Below are positions 49,093-58,488 of a stretch of DNA of 64,000 nucleotides, in pieces. A program made the position numbers and the translations under genes. The stretch's first letter is position 1; each line of letters opens with the position of its first letter. The stretch lies in assembly GCA_963830885.1 (NCBI GenBank), contig CAWHOA010000020.1:3707-67706 (forward strand), in the 5' to 3' direction. Below the pieces are notes generated by a model, which did not search any database, was not told the origin of the DNA, and saw only the letters and a list, made by a program, of their open reading frames with translations. The DNA comes from an uncultured Actinomycetes bacterium. GTDB lineage: Bacteria > Actinomycetota > Thermoleophilia > Gaiellales > Gaiellaceae.

Positions 49093-50289
49093 ATGGCGAC
49101 GTTCACCGCCGACTTCCTCGGCTGCAAGGTCTCGCAGACGGATGCCCAGGAGATCCGGGAGCGGCTCGTGGCCGACGGGCACGTCGAGTCGGGTGAGTCG
49201 GCCGACGTTGCGATCGTGAACACGTGCTGCGTCACCCACGAGGCTGTGCGCAAGTCGCGGCAGGCTGTGCGCCGGGCCGCGCGGTCGGCGCGCCGTGTCT
49301 ACGTGACCGGCTGTGGGGCGAACCTGACCGGCGACGCCTTCGGCGACCTGCCCGAGAACGTGACCGTCGTTCGGCTGCCCGGCGAGCGGACGCCCGAGTT
49401 CGTCGCGCGGGACGTCGGCGCCATCGGCTGCGTCCGGGCGGACGTCGGCCTCGACCGCCTGCGCGCGTTCGTGAAGGTGCAGGACGGGTGCAGCTTCTCA
49501 TGCGCCTTCTGCGTCATCCCGCAGGTCCGCGGGGCCTCCCGCAGCCGGGCGGCCGGCGCAGTCCTGGCCGAGGTGCGGCGCCGCGTCGAGCAGGGCCACC
49601 GCGAGGTGGTGCTCACCGGGATCAATCTCGGCTGCTTCCGCGACCGCGCCGCCGGGTTCGATCTCGCTCGACTCGTCCGTGAGGTGGGCGCCACGCCTGG
49701 GCTCGAGCGTCTGCGACTCTCGTCGATCGAGGTCAACCACCTCGACGAGAAGCTGATCGCGGCGATGCGCGAGACACCGGCGGTCTCGCCGCACCTGCAC
49801 GTGCCGCTCCAGTCCGGCGACGACGGCGTGCTCGCCGCGATGGGCCGCCGCTACACGAGCGCGACGTACCTCCGCCGGGTCGGGCTGGCCGACGGGTTCA
49901 ATCTGACCGCGGACGTGATCGTCGGCTTTCCGGCCGAGGACGACGCTGCCTTCGAGCGGACTCTCGCGGTCATTCAGCAGGCAGGCATCACGAAGGTGCA
50001 CGTCTTCCCGTACTCGCCGCGCCCGGGGACGCGCACCGCGGCCGCGGACACGGTCCAACCGGAGGTGAAGCGCGCGCGGAGCGCGAGGCTGCGCGCGCTT
50101 TCGGCGGAGGCCTGCCGAACGCGGTGGCGTGGGAAGCTCGGCGCCGTCGACGCCGTCCTGGTCGACCGCCCTGGCCGCGGCTATGGGGACGACTACACTC
50201 CCTGGCTCGTGGACGCTCCTTTGGGCGGGATCGTGCGCGTCAGAGCGGTGGACGTGAGCGAAGAAGGAGTCGTCGGTGTCCCAGTCTGA
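49093..50289 (+). CDS. mtaB: MiaB-like tRNA methylthiotransferase (MtaB type)
   Basis: GCKVSQTDAQ...VNTCCVT, radical SAM motif VQDGCSFSCAFCVIP and a C-terminal TRAM-like region. Confidence 0.85.
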   Translation: MATFTADFLGCKVSQTDAQEIRERLVADGHVESGESADVAIVNTCCVTHEAVRKSRQAVRRAARSARRVYVTGCGANLTGDAFGDLPENVTVVRLPGERTPEFVARDVGAIGCVRADVGLDRLRAFVKVQDGCSFSCAFCVIPQVRGASRSRAAGAVLAEVRRRVEQGHREVVLTGINLGCFRDRAAGFDLARLVREVGATPGLERLRLSSIEVNHLDEKLIAAMRETPAVSPHLHVPLQSGDDGVLAAMGRRYTSATYLRRVGLADGFNLTADVIVGFPAEDDAAFERTLAVIQQAGITKVHVFPYSPRPGTRTAAADTVQPEVKRARSARLRALSAEACRTRWRGKLGAVDAVLVDRPGRGYGDDYTPWLVDAPLGGIVRVRAVDVSEEGVVGVPV

Positions 50290-50611
50290 GTGCCTGTTCT
50301 GCCGCCTGTACGCGGACGGCGACCACGTGCGCAAGGAGGGCGGCTTTGCGGCCGTCCGGGACATCAACCCGAAGGCGCCGGTTCATCTGCTCGTCATCCC
50401 GGAGCGGCATGTCGACACGTTCCGCGACGTCGGCGCCTTCGGCGCGGACGAGGCCAAGGGCATGCTGGACTTCGTCGCGGCCACGGCGCGCGACGCGGGG
50501 CTCGAGGACTACCGCGTGATCGTGAACGTCGGCGGGGGCGGCGGCCAGACGGTCTTCCACCTCCACTGGCATATTCTCGGCGGAACGCCGACCCTGGCTG
50601 GTTTCGAATGA
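50276..50611 (+). CDS. HIT family (histidine triad) protein
   Basis: CLFCRL...APVHLLVIPERH...QTVFHLHWHILGG (HxHxHxx). Confidence 0.9.
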   Translation: MSQSECLFCRLYADGDHVRKEGGFAAVRDINPKAPVHLLVIPERHVDTFRDVGAFGADEAKGMLDFVAATARDAGLEDYRVIVNVGGGGGQTVFHLHWHILGGTPTLAGFE

Positions 50612-51051
50612 GCCTGATCGCGGAGATCGAGGACGAGATCAAGGAGTCGATGCGGGCGCGCGACCAGTTGCGCACCGACACGCTGCGCCTGACCCTGGCC
50701 GCCCTTCGCGCGGCTGAGAAGGAGCTCGGCCGGCCGCTGAGCGACGACGAGGAGCTCCAGGTGCTGCAACGCGAGCGTAAGCGCCGCGCCGAGGCTGCGG
50801 ACGCCTTCCGCTCCGCGGGGCGTGAGGAGCAGGCGGAGAAGGAGGAGGACGAGCTCGACATCATCGAGGAGTTCATGCCCGAGCCGCTCGACGAGGAGGA
50901 GATCGAGCGGATCGTGGACGACGCGATCGCCGAGACCGGGGCGACCTCGCTCCGCGACCTCGGCCGCGTGATGGCCGACGTCATGCCCCAGGTAGCCGGC
51001 CGGGCGGACGGCTCCGAGGTGAGCCAGCTCGTGCGCGAGAAGCTCGCCTGA
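50608..51051 (+). CDS. GatB/YqeY domain protein
   Basis: IKESMRARDQLRTDTLRLTLAALRAAEKE...GATSLRDLGRVMADVMPQVAGRADGSEVSQLVREKL. The ATGA overlaps the HIT stop. Confidence 0.85.
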   Translation: MSLIAEIEDEIKESMRARDQLRTDTLRLTLAALRAAEKELGRPLSDDEELQVLQRERKRRAEAADAFRSAGREEQAEKEEDELDIIEEFMPEPLDEEEIERIVDDAIAETGATSLRDLGRVMADVMPQVAGRADGSEVSQLVREKLA

Positions 51052-51220
51052 TCGGCGCGGCTTCGGGCACACTGCGCGCGCCGCTTGCGCGCGCGCCGGT
51101 GGTAGGACCCCCGGTGGGGGGACCCGGGTCGGAGCGGGGCGTTCGCGTACGCGCGCCGCGCCCGCCGGCACGCCGGCGGGGACTCGGAGAGAATCGGCCA
51201 GGCGACTAGAATTCGAGCTG

Positions 51221-52181
51221 TTGCAGCAGGTTCTCTCCGTCTCCAACGAGGTCGCGGCCGAGCTCGCCACCGTCGACGACGGGATCCTCGGAGCATTGCG
51301 GGAGCGGATGGGCTGCGCGATCCGACTGCGCGGCAATCAGCTGACGCTCGAGGGCGACGACGGCAAGGTGGACGAGGCGCGGCTCGTCATCGACGAGCTC
51401 GTCGAGCTGGTCGAGGGCGGCCACGCGATCGGGCCGAGCACGGTCGACGCCGTGCTGGCCGCGCTCGACGCCGCCAAGGATCCGCGCGAGATCTTCGAGG
51501 ACGTCGTCTGGCGGCACCGCGGCAAGAAGATCACGCCGAAGACGGTCAACCAGAAGCACTACGTAGACGCGATCCGATCCGGGCACGATCACCTTCGGAA
51601 TCGGTCCGGCGGGCACCGGCAAGACGTACCTGGCGATGGCGCTCGCCGTCGCCTCGCTCGCCGACCGGGACGTCAACCGTCTCATCCTCACGCGCCCTGC
51701 CGTGGAGGCCGGCGAGCGGCTCGGCTTCCTGCCCGGCGACATGCTCGCGAAGGTCGACCCGTACCTGCGCCCGCTGTTCGACGCGCTCTACGACATGCTC
51801 GACGCCGACCGCCTGAACGCGTTCATGGAGCGGGGGACGATCGAGGTCGCGCCGCTCGCGTTCATGCGCGGGCGGACGCTGAACGACTCGTTCATCATCC
51901 TCGACGAGGCGCAGAACACGACGCCCGAGCAGATGCAGATGTTCCTGACGCGGCTCGGCTTCGGCTCGAAGGTGGTCGTCACCGGCGACGTCACGCAGAT
52001 CGACCTTCCGCAGGACCAGGCGTCGGGCCTGATCCACGTGCGGCAGATCCTCGGCGACATCGACGGGATCGAGTTCGTCGAGTTCGGGAACCAGGACGTG
52101 GTGCGCCACGTGCTCGTGCAGCGCATCGTCGAGGCGTACAAGCGCCACGCCGAGCAGACGGGCACGCAGCGCCGCCGGTGA
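51221..52181 (+). CDS. phoH: PhoH-like ATPase, apparent 1-nt frame disruption near 51581
   Basis: The N-terminus ...[18 protein letters not shown] is in the 51221 frame. [22 protein letters not shown]...[40 protein letters not shown] is in the 51636..52181 frame. Removing one G of GGG at 51581-51583 joins them. Confidence 0.88.
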
Positions 52182-52555
52182 TCCGCGTCGAGGTCGCCAA
52201 CGAGAGCGGCGTTGCGGTCGACGAGGCTCCGGCCGTCGAGCTCGCCCGGCGCGTGCTCGCCGCCGAGTTGGTGGACGACGGCGACCTCGGCCTCGCGTTC
52301 GTCGACCCCGACCGCATGCGGGAGCTGAAGCGCGAGCACCTCGGAATCGACGAGCCGACCGACGTCCTTTCTTTTCCGATCGACGGGCGCGACAGGCTTC
52401 CGGACGGCGTGCCGCGGCAGCTCGGTGACGTCGTCCTCTGCCCGCAGGTGGTCGGGGCGGCATGGCAGGCGCCGCTGGTCCACGGGCTCCTCCATCTGCT
52501 CGGGTACGAGCATGGAACGGAGATGGAGCACCGAGAGCGAATTCACCTGGAATGA
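52178..52555 (+). CDS. ybeY: rRNA maturation RNase YbeY
   Basis: [10 protein letters not shown]...[13 protein letters not shown]. The GTGA overlaps the phoH stop. Confidence 0.9.
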   Translation: MIRVEVANESGVAVDEAPAVELARRVLAAELVDDGDLGLAFVDPDRMRELKREHLGIDEPTDVLSFPIDGRDRLPDGVPRQLGDVVLCPQVVGAAWQAPLVHGLLHLLGYEHGTEMEHRERIHLE

Positions 52556-53292
52556 CCGCGCCCCCGGAACGCGAGACTCCGCGCACGCGGCGGACGCCGC
52601 GGGTCCTCCAGAGCTTCAACTGGGCCTTCGAGGGCGTCATCCACGTCCTCCGGCACGAGCGCAACATGCGCATCCACTTCGCGGTGGCGACGGCAGTCCT
52701 CGTCCTCGCGTTCTCGTACGGCGTCACGAAGCTCGAGCTGATGGCGCTCTTGATCGCCATCTCGTTCGTGCTGATCGCGGAGATGGTGAACACCGCGGTC
52801 GAGGCGACGATCGACCTGGCGTCGACCTCGTTCGATCCCCTGGCGAAGGTGGCCAAGGACATCGCCGCCGGCACCGTCCTCATCGCCGCGGTCAACGCGG
52901 TCGTGATCGGCTACCTCGTGTTCGCCGACCGGCTCTCTCAGCCGAGCTCGCGGCTGGTCGACCGGCTGCGGGAGGCTCCCAGCAACCTCACGGTGATCGC
53001 GCTCATCCTGATCATCCTGATCGTGATCGCGTCGAAGGCGTTGACCGGCCGCGGGACGCCGCTGTCGGGAGGCCTTCCGTCCGGGCACGCCGCGCTGGCC
53101 TTCGGCGGCTTCACGGCGATCACGTTCATCGTCGACGAGCAGCGCGTCGTCGTCGCGTTCGTTGCGCTGATCATGGCGCTCCTCGTCGCGCAGACGCGCG
53201 TCGAGGCAGGGATCCACTCGGTCACGGAGGTCGCCCTCGGTGCCGTGATCGGTACGCTCGTGACCATGATCCTCTTCCAGGTGCTCGCGTGA
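52552..53292 (+). CDS. dgkA: fused diacylglycerol/undecaprenol kinase (DgkA) - PAP2 phosphatase membrane protein
   Basis: DgkA part FNWAFEGVIHVLRHERNMRIHF...IAEMVNTAVEATIDL. PAP2 motifs KALTGRGTP, PSGH and TRVEAGIHSVTEV. Confidence 0.8.
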   Translation: MTAPPERETPRTRRTPRVLQSFNWAFEGVIHVLRHERNMRIHFAVATAVLVLAFSYGVTKLELMALLIAISFVLIAEMVNTAVEATIDLASTSFDPLAKVAKDIAAGTVLIAAVNAVVIGYLVFADRLSQPSSRLVDRLREAPSNLTVIALILIILIVIASKALTGRGTPLSGGLPSGHAALAFGGFTAITFIVDEQRVVVAFVALIMALLVAQTRVEAGIHSVTEVALGAVIGTLVTMILFQVLA

Positions 53293-53651
53293 CCGACCAG
53301 GAGCTCCTCGAGCTCGCCCAGGAGGCGTCGGCGAACGCGTATGCGCCCTACTCGAAGTTCCACGTCGGCGCGGCCGCGCTCCTGCGCGACGGGCGGGCGG
53401 TCACCGGCGTGAACGTCGAGAACGCCGCGTATCCGCTCGGCATCTGCGCCGAGCGCTGCGTCCTCTCGAGCGCGGTGGCGGACGGTGTGCGGCCCGGCGA
53501 CGTCGAGGCGGTCGCGATCACCGCCTCGCCGTGCGGCGGGTGCCGGCAGTGGCTCGCGGAGTTCGAGGTCGACCGGGTGATCTTCCTGCACGAGGGCGAG
53601 GTGCTCACGCGGCGGCCGGACGAGCTTCTGCCGGACTCGTTCGTGCTGTGA
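53289..53651 (+). CDS. cdd: cytidine deaminase
   Basis: APYSKFHVGAAALL...NVENAAYPLGICAERCV...SPCGGCRQWL. Confidence 0.92.
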   Translation: MTDQELLELAQEASANAYAPYSKFHVGAAALLRDGRAVTGVNVENAAYPLGICAERCVLSSAVADGVRPGDVEAVAITASPCGGCRQWLAEFEVDRVIFLHEGEVLTRRPDELLPDSFVL

Positions 53652-54526
53652 GGTCAGGCTTCGTCGCGGTCGCCGGCCGGCCGAACGTCGGCAAGTCCAC
53701 GCTCGTGAATGCGCTGGCCGGGGGGAAGGTGGCGATCGTCTCGGACAAGCCGCAGACGACCCGCCGGCGGATCTCGGCGGTGGTGGACGGCGAGCTCGAC
53801 ACCGATCCGTACCAGCTCGTGCTCGTCGACCTGCCCGGCTTCCAGCGGCCGCGCGACGCGCTCACCGAGCGCATGCAGCGGACCGTGGACGAGGCGCTGG
53901 TCGACGTCGACGGCTTCCTCTTCGTCCTCGCCGCCGACGAGGCGATCGGCGGCGGCGACCGCTTCATCGCCGAGCGCGTGTACGCGGCCGGCCCGCCCGT
54001 CGTCGTCGCGGTGAACAAGGTCGACCGGGTCGACCCCGCCCGCATCGCCGGGCAGATCGTCACGGCTGCGGCGCTCGGCGACTTCCTCGCCCTGCACCCG
54101 GTCAGCGGCCTCACCGGCGACGGCCTCGAGCCGCTGCGGGCCGATCTCGCAGCCCTGCTCCCGGAAGGGCCGCGCTACTTCGAGGAGGGGCAGCGCACCG
54201 ACCTTCCCCTCGAGGCGCGCATCGCCGAGATCGTGCGCGAGAAGGCGCTCGAGCTGACCCGGGAGGAGGTGCCGCATGCGATCTCGGTGGAGGTCGACGA
54301 GCTCGACGCCGAGGCCGGCAGAGTGAGCGCGCAGGTCTGGGTCGAGACGGAGTCCCAGAAGGGGATTGTCGTCGGGAAGGGCGGGGCTATGATCCGGGCC
54401 ATCGGCACGCGCGCCAGACCGGAGGTCGAATCGCTTCTGGGGCGTTCCGTCTTCCTCGATCTCCGGGTAAAGGTGAGGCCGAGGTGGCGCCGTGACGAAG
54501 GAGCGCTCGAGAGACTCGGCATCTAG
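53648..54526 (+). CDS. era: GTPase Era
   Basis: GFVAVAGRPNVGKSTLVNAL, DLPG and NKVD, followed by the KH domain IVVGKGGAMIRAIG. Confidence 0.95.
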   Translation: MRSGFVAVAGRPNVGKSTLVNALAGGKVAIVSDKPQTTRRRISAVVDGELDTDPYQLVLVDLPGFQRPRDALTERMQRTVDEALVDVDGFLFVLAADEAIGGGDRFIAERVYAAGPPVVVAVNKVDRVDPARIAGQIVTAAALGDFLALHPVSGLTGDGLEPLRADLAALLPEGPRYFEEGQRTDLPLEARIAEIVREKALELTREEVPHAISVEVDELDAEAGRVSAQVWVETESQKGIVVGKGGAMIRAIGTRARPEVESLLGRSVFLDLRVKVRPRWRRDEGALERLGI

Positions 54527-54548
54527 ATGAGCAATGGGGGGTTGAGGA

Positions 54549-56054
54549 ATGGGGTTGATCAGGACACCGGACGGCTTCGAGGCGGAGCTGGCGCGCTATC
54601 TGTACGAGCGCTCCGAGGAAGGCCGCGCCGTCCGCGTCGGCGAGAAGGAGATCAGCGAGCAGGCAGCGATCGTCGCGCGCTACGACGATCTGTTCACCCG
54701 CGAGCAGCACGACGCGCTGCGCGAGGCCGAGGACGGCTCACGCGGCGAGGAGCGCGAACGCCTCTACCGCCTGCGCGAGGCCGCGGCCGGCGGAGTCATC
54801 GTCCGCGAGCTCGCCGACGAGTCCGACAAGCTCGAGAACGCGATCCTCGCCGAGCGCGTCGATTTCCGCGGCGAGTCGCTGCCGCTGCGCTCGGCTCAGG
54901 CGAAGCTGGCGGTCCTCGACGACTACACCGGCCGCGACGAGCTCGGCGATCTCGCCGCCGATGCGTCCGCGCGCTTCAACTGCCCGCGCTACGGGCTGAT
55001 GCAGAAGGGCGAGGCGCTCGACGCCGAGCTCTCCGGCGAGCCCGACCCCGTCGCGCGGAGCGCGGCGCGGAAGAACATCGAGCTCCAGGCGCTCTCCGCT
55101 GCGCTCCAGGAGGCCGCGCGCGAGCAGGACAGCATCTGGGGCTCCATGCGGGAGGAGTGGCTCGACCGCGTCCTCGGTCCCGAGCACGACGCCGAGCCGG
55201 CTTCCTACCACGTCTCCTACCTGCGCCGGATGTCGCCGTTCGCCGACCTCTACCCGAAGGACCGGTGCGTGCCCGTCTGCCTGGACACGCTCGCCGGCAT
55301 CGGCTTCGACCTGCCCGCGAACCAGGGCATCAGGCTCGACCTCGACGACCGGCCGCAGAAGAGCCCTCGCGCGTGCGTGATCGCGTCCGACCCGCCGGCC
55401 GTCGTCCATCTGATCACCCGCGCCCAGGGCGGTCTCCACGACTACCAGGCCTTCCTGCACGAGGCCGGACACGCGCTCCACTACGCGGGGCTCGACCCGG
55501 AGCTCCCGTACACCTTCCGGCGCCTCTCGCGCGACCACGCGTTGACCGAGATCTACTCGTTCCTGATCGAGTCGATCACCCGCGAGCCCGCGTGGCACAC
55601 GCGCCACCTCGGCGCGAGCGAGGAGGAGGCTGCCGAGCGCGCCGAGGCCGCGCGCTTCCTCGAGGTGCTCCTCTTCCGCCGTTACGCCGCCAAGCTCGCG
55701 TACGAGCTGAAGTTCTGGGGCGACTTCGAGAACGCGAACGACTACGCGCAGACCTACGAGGACAACCTGCGCGCCGCGGTGGGCTTCCACTACCGGGCGG
55801 ACGGCTACCTGGCCGACATGGACGGCGACTTCTACTCGGCCGACTACCTCCGGGCCTGGATCCGCGCCGCGCAGCTCCGGGCACACCTTCGCCGCACCAT
55901 CGGCGAGGACTGGTGGCGGCGGCCCGAGACGGGCGAGCTCCTGCGGGCGCTCTTCGCCGAGGGGACGCGCCCGACCAGTGAGGAGATCGCCGACCGGATC
56001 GGCTACGACCCGCTCGACACGGCACCCCTGGTCGAGGAGCTGGTCGTCGCCTAG
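54549..56054 (+). CDS. M3-family-like (oligoendopeptidase F-like) zinc metallopeptidase
   Basis: HExxH motif in AFLHEAGHALHYAG. About 500 aa of helical protein. Family assignment is by recollection only. Confidence 0.6.
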   Translation: MGLIRTPDGFEAELARYLYERSEEGRAVRVGEKEISEQAAIVARYDDLFTREQHDALREAEDGSRGEERERLYRLREAAAGGVIVRELADESDKLENAILAERVDFRGESLPLRSAQAKLAVLDDYTGRDELGDLAADASARFNCPRYGLMQKGEALDAELSGEPDPVARSAARKNIELQALSAALQEAAREQDSIWGSMREEWLDRVLGPEHDAEPASYHVSYLRRMSPFADLYPKDRCVPVCLDTLAGIGFDLPANQGIRLDLDDRPQKSPRACVIASDPPAVVHLITRAQGGLHDYQAFLHEAGHALHYAGLDPELPYTFRRLSRDHALTEIYSFLIESITREPAWHTRHLGASEEEAAERAEAARFLEVLLFRRYAAKLAYELKFWGDFENANDYAQTYEDNLRAAVGFHYRADGYLADMDGDFYSADYLRAWIRAAQLRAHLRRTIGEDWWRRPETGELLRALFAEGTRPTSEEIADRIGYDPLDTAPLVEELVVA

Positions 56055-56656
56055 CGGGATTCCACTGCGAGGCGGCCGGCGAGCGCGAGCAGCACCGCGC
56101 CGGTCGCCTGCTCGAGCCGACGCGCGAACCGGGTGCTCGCGACCATGCGCTTCGTCCGCGACACGGCGGCGCCCAGCGAGACGTAGATCGAGAAGTCGGC
56201 GGCGATCAGGATCGCGGCCATCGCGAGCGCGTACGGCAGAGCCGGAGCGCCGCGCGGGATGAACTGGGGCAGGAGCGCGACGAAGAAGACTGCGAGCTTC
56301 GGGTTCGCGAGGGCCGTCAGCAGGCCGCTCGAAAACGCTTGGTCTCGCGTCCCGCCGGGCTCCCTTGCGGCATTCTTCCTGCCGCGGAGCGCCTGCACGC
56401 CGAACCAGACGAGCACCGCGACGCCTGCGATCTTGAGCGTGACGAAGGCCGTCTCGGACGCGGCGACGAGCGCCGAGATGCCGAGCGCGGAGAGCACTGC
56501 CCAGACGCCGACTCCGATCGAGCTGCCCACGGTCGTGCGGAAGGCGGCGCCCGTGCCGCCGACGGCCGCGTTGCGGACGACCAGCGCCATGCCCGGCCCG
56601 GGCGTCAGACTCAGGAGGACCGCGACGGGGACGAAGGTCCAGAGCACGACCGTCAT
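56051..56656 (-). CDS. LysE/RhtB family amino-acid exporter
   Basis: LLSLTPGPGMALVVRNAAVGG...ANPKLAVFFVALLPQF. Its stop overlaps the peptidase stop (CTAG). Confidence 0.85.
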   Translation of the reverse strand: MTVVLWTFVPVAVLLSLTPGPGMALVVRNAAVGGTGAAFRTTVGSSIGVGVWAVLSALGISALVAASETAFVTLKIAGVAVLVWFGVQALRGRKNAAREPGGTRDQAFSSGLLTALANPKLAVFFVALLPQFIPRGAPALPYALAMAAILIAADFSIYVSLGAAVSRTKRMVASTRFARRLEQATGAVLLALAGRLAVESR

Positions 56657-56682
56657 CCTACGGACGGGCCGTGAGGGCGCTC

Positions 56683-56784
56683 TTAGCGGCGCGGGCCGAA
56701 GAACGCGACCGACGCGACCGCGAACCCGGCGAGGGAGGCCGCGAGGCCGACGACGGCGGCCCGGGTGCTCATCGTGCGCTTCAT
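56683..56784 (-). CDS. 33-aa single-TM microprotein (hypothetical)
   Basis: MKRTMSTRAAVVGLAASLAGFAVASVAFFGPRR. All third positions are G/C. No obvious SD. Confidence 0.35.
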   Translation of the reverse strand: MKRTMSTRAAVVGLAASLAGFAVASVAFFGPRR

Positions 56785-56842
56785 GCAGTGAGCATCGGCA
56801 CGAAGTCGGGCCGGCCTGAGGCCCAATTCGAGGACCAGAGGG

Positions 56843-57514
56843 TTACTTGGCGGTGACGTGCCGGGAGCTGCGGAAGACCGCGATCTGCCACGCCTGCAGG
56901 CGGACGCCCATGCGCGCCGGGAGCATGAGGTTCTCGGGCTCGTTCGAGTGAGGAAGGCCGCAGGCATGCCCGAGCTCGTGCGCGAGCACACGGAGGCGGC
57001 GGCTCTTCAACGCGGACATGTCGACCGTGACGTAGTCGACGAGCGGGCCGAGCGAGCAGCCGGCCTTGCCGAGGACGTCGCGGACGACGAAGACGGTGAT
57101 CGGGCTGCCGGAGCCCGTGACCCCCGCCGGCTCCCGGTGGCGGCGGAAGAACGCGCCGCCGTCGCCGAAGTCGGCTCGGTAGGAGCCCTCGGCGCAGGGC
57201 GAGTCGAGCGCGGCGGGGGGCGCCGGCACGTCGATCGTGCGCACGACGGGCTCCGCCGCCGGGGTCAGGTCGATCGCCAGCGTCTCTTTCAGGACGCGCG
57301 TCGCCTCGGTGAGGCTAGGCTCCACCTCCTCGGGCGTTGCGACCGGCTCCCCTTGCTCGTCGCAGAGGATGGCGACGCGAATGCGCAGCTTTCTCGCGCC
57401 GCGCGAGCCGGCAAGGGTGCCCGCGATCTCCGGGATCCTGACGATGCGGTTGCCCGTCTCGCGCAGGACGTTGACGCCCTGGGTGAGCCCGGCGGCGAGG
57501 GCGAGCGGCGGCAC
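56843..57514 (-). CDS. small metzincin-like zinc metalloprotease (hypothetical)
   Basis: VLAHELGHACGLPHS matches HExxHxxGxxH. No recognisable signal peptide. Confidence 0.6.
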   Translation of the reverse strand: MPPLALAAGLTQGVNVLRETGNRIVRIPEIAGTLAGSRGARKLRIRVAILCDEQGEPVATPEEVEPSLTEATRVLKETLAIDLTPAAEPVVRTIDVPAPPAALDSPCAEGSYRADFGDGGAFFRRHREPAGVTGSGSPITVFVVRDVLGKAGCSLGPLVDYVTVDMSALKSRRLRVLAHELGHACGLPHSNEPENLMLPARMGVRLQAWQIAVFRSSRHVTAK

Positions 57515-57548
57515 GGAGCGAGACTACGCGAGGGCTACACTTCGCGCC

Positions 57549-58488
57549 ATGGCTCAAGCGCCCGCCCTGCCGAGCGGGTTCGAGCTGCCCCTCGAGCCCA
57601 GGCTCCCGCGCATCGGCTCCGTCGACCAGGTCGCCGTCGAGCAGCGCGCTGCCGCGCTCGCCACCCGGTCGATCAAGCGCGAGTCGAAGCTCTTCGCGCT
57701 CGACCTGGCCGTCCGGATGATGGACCTGACGACGCTGGAGGGCGCCGACACGCCGGGCAAGGTCGCTGCGCTCAGCTCCAAGGCGATGCGGCCGGATCCC
57801 GCCGACCTGACGATCCCGCCGGTGGCGGCGGTCTGCGTCTATCCGAACATGGTTCCGCACGCGCTCGAGCGGCGTGCGCGGGAGCGGTGTCAAGGTCGCC
57901 TCCGTCGCGACCGCCTTCCCTTCCGGGCAGCTGCCGACCGAGCTGAAGGTCGAGGAGGCGGCGCGCGTCGCCGAGCTCGGTGCCGACGAGATCGACATGG
58001 TGATCGACCGCGGCGCCTTCCTCTCCGGCCACTACGCCAAGGTCTACGACGAGGTGCGGCGCGTGAAGGAGGTCTCCGGCCAGGCGCACCTCAAGGTCAT
58101 CCTCGAGACCGGTGAGCTCGGCACGTACGACAACGTGCGCCGCGCGAGCCTCCTCGCGATCGCCGCCGGCGCCGACTTCATCAAGACCTCCACCGGCAAG
58201 ATCTCGCCGGCTGCGACCCTGCCCGTCACGCTGGTCATGCTCGAGGCGATCCGGGACGTCCACGAGGCGACCGGGCGGAAGATCGGCATGAAGCCCGCGG
58301 GCGGCATCCGCCACGCGAAGCAGGCTGTGCAGTACCTCGTGGTCGTGAACGAGACGCTCGGGCCCGAGTGGCTGACGCCCGACCGCTTCCGCTTCGGTGC
58401 CTCCTCGCTTCTGAACGACGTGCTCATGCAGATTCGCAAGCAAAAGACCGGCAACTACCAGAGCCCCGACTACTTCACGGTGGACTGA
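57549..58488 (+). CDS. deoC: deoxyribose-phosphate aldolase (long actinobacterial form), apparent 1-nt frame disruption near 57870
   Basis: The 57237..58115 frame gives MMDLTTLEGADTPGKV...AAVCVYPNMVPHALER. The 57874..58488 frame gives GSGVKVASVATAFPSGQ...DFIKTSTGK...GMKPAGGIR. Confidence 0.85.
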
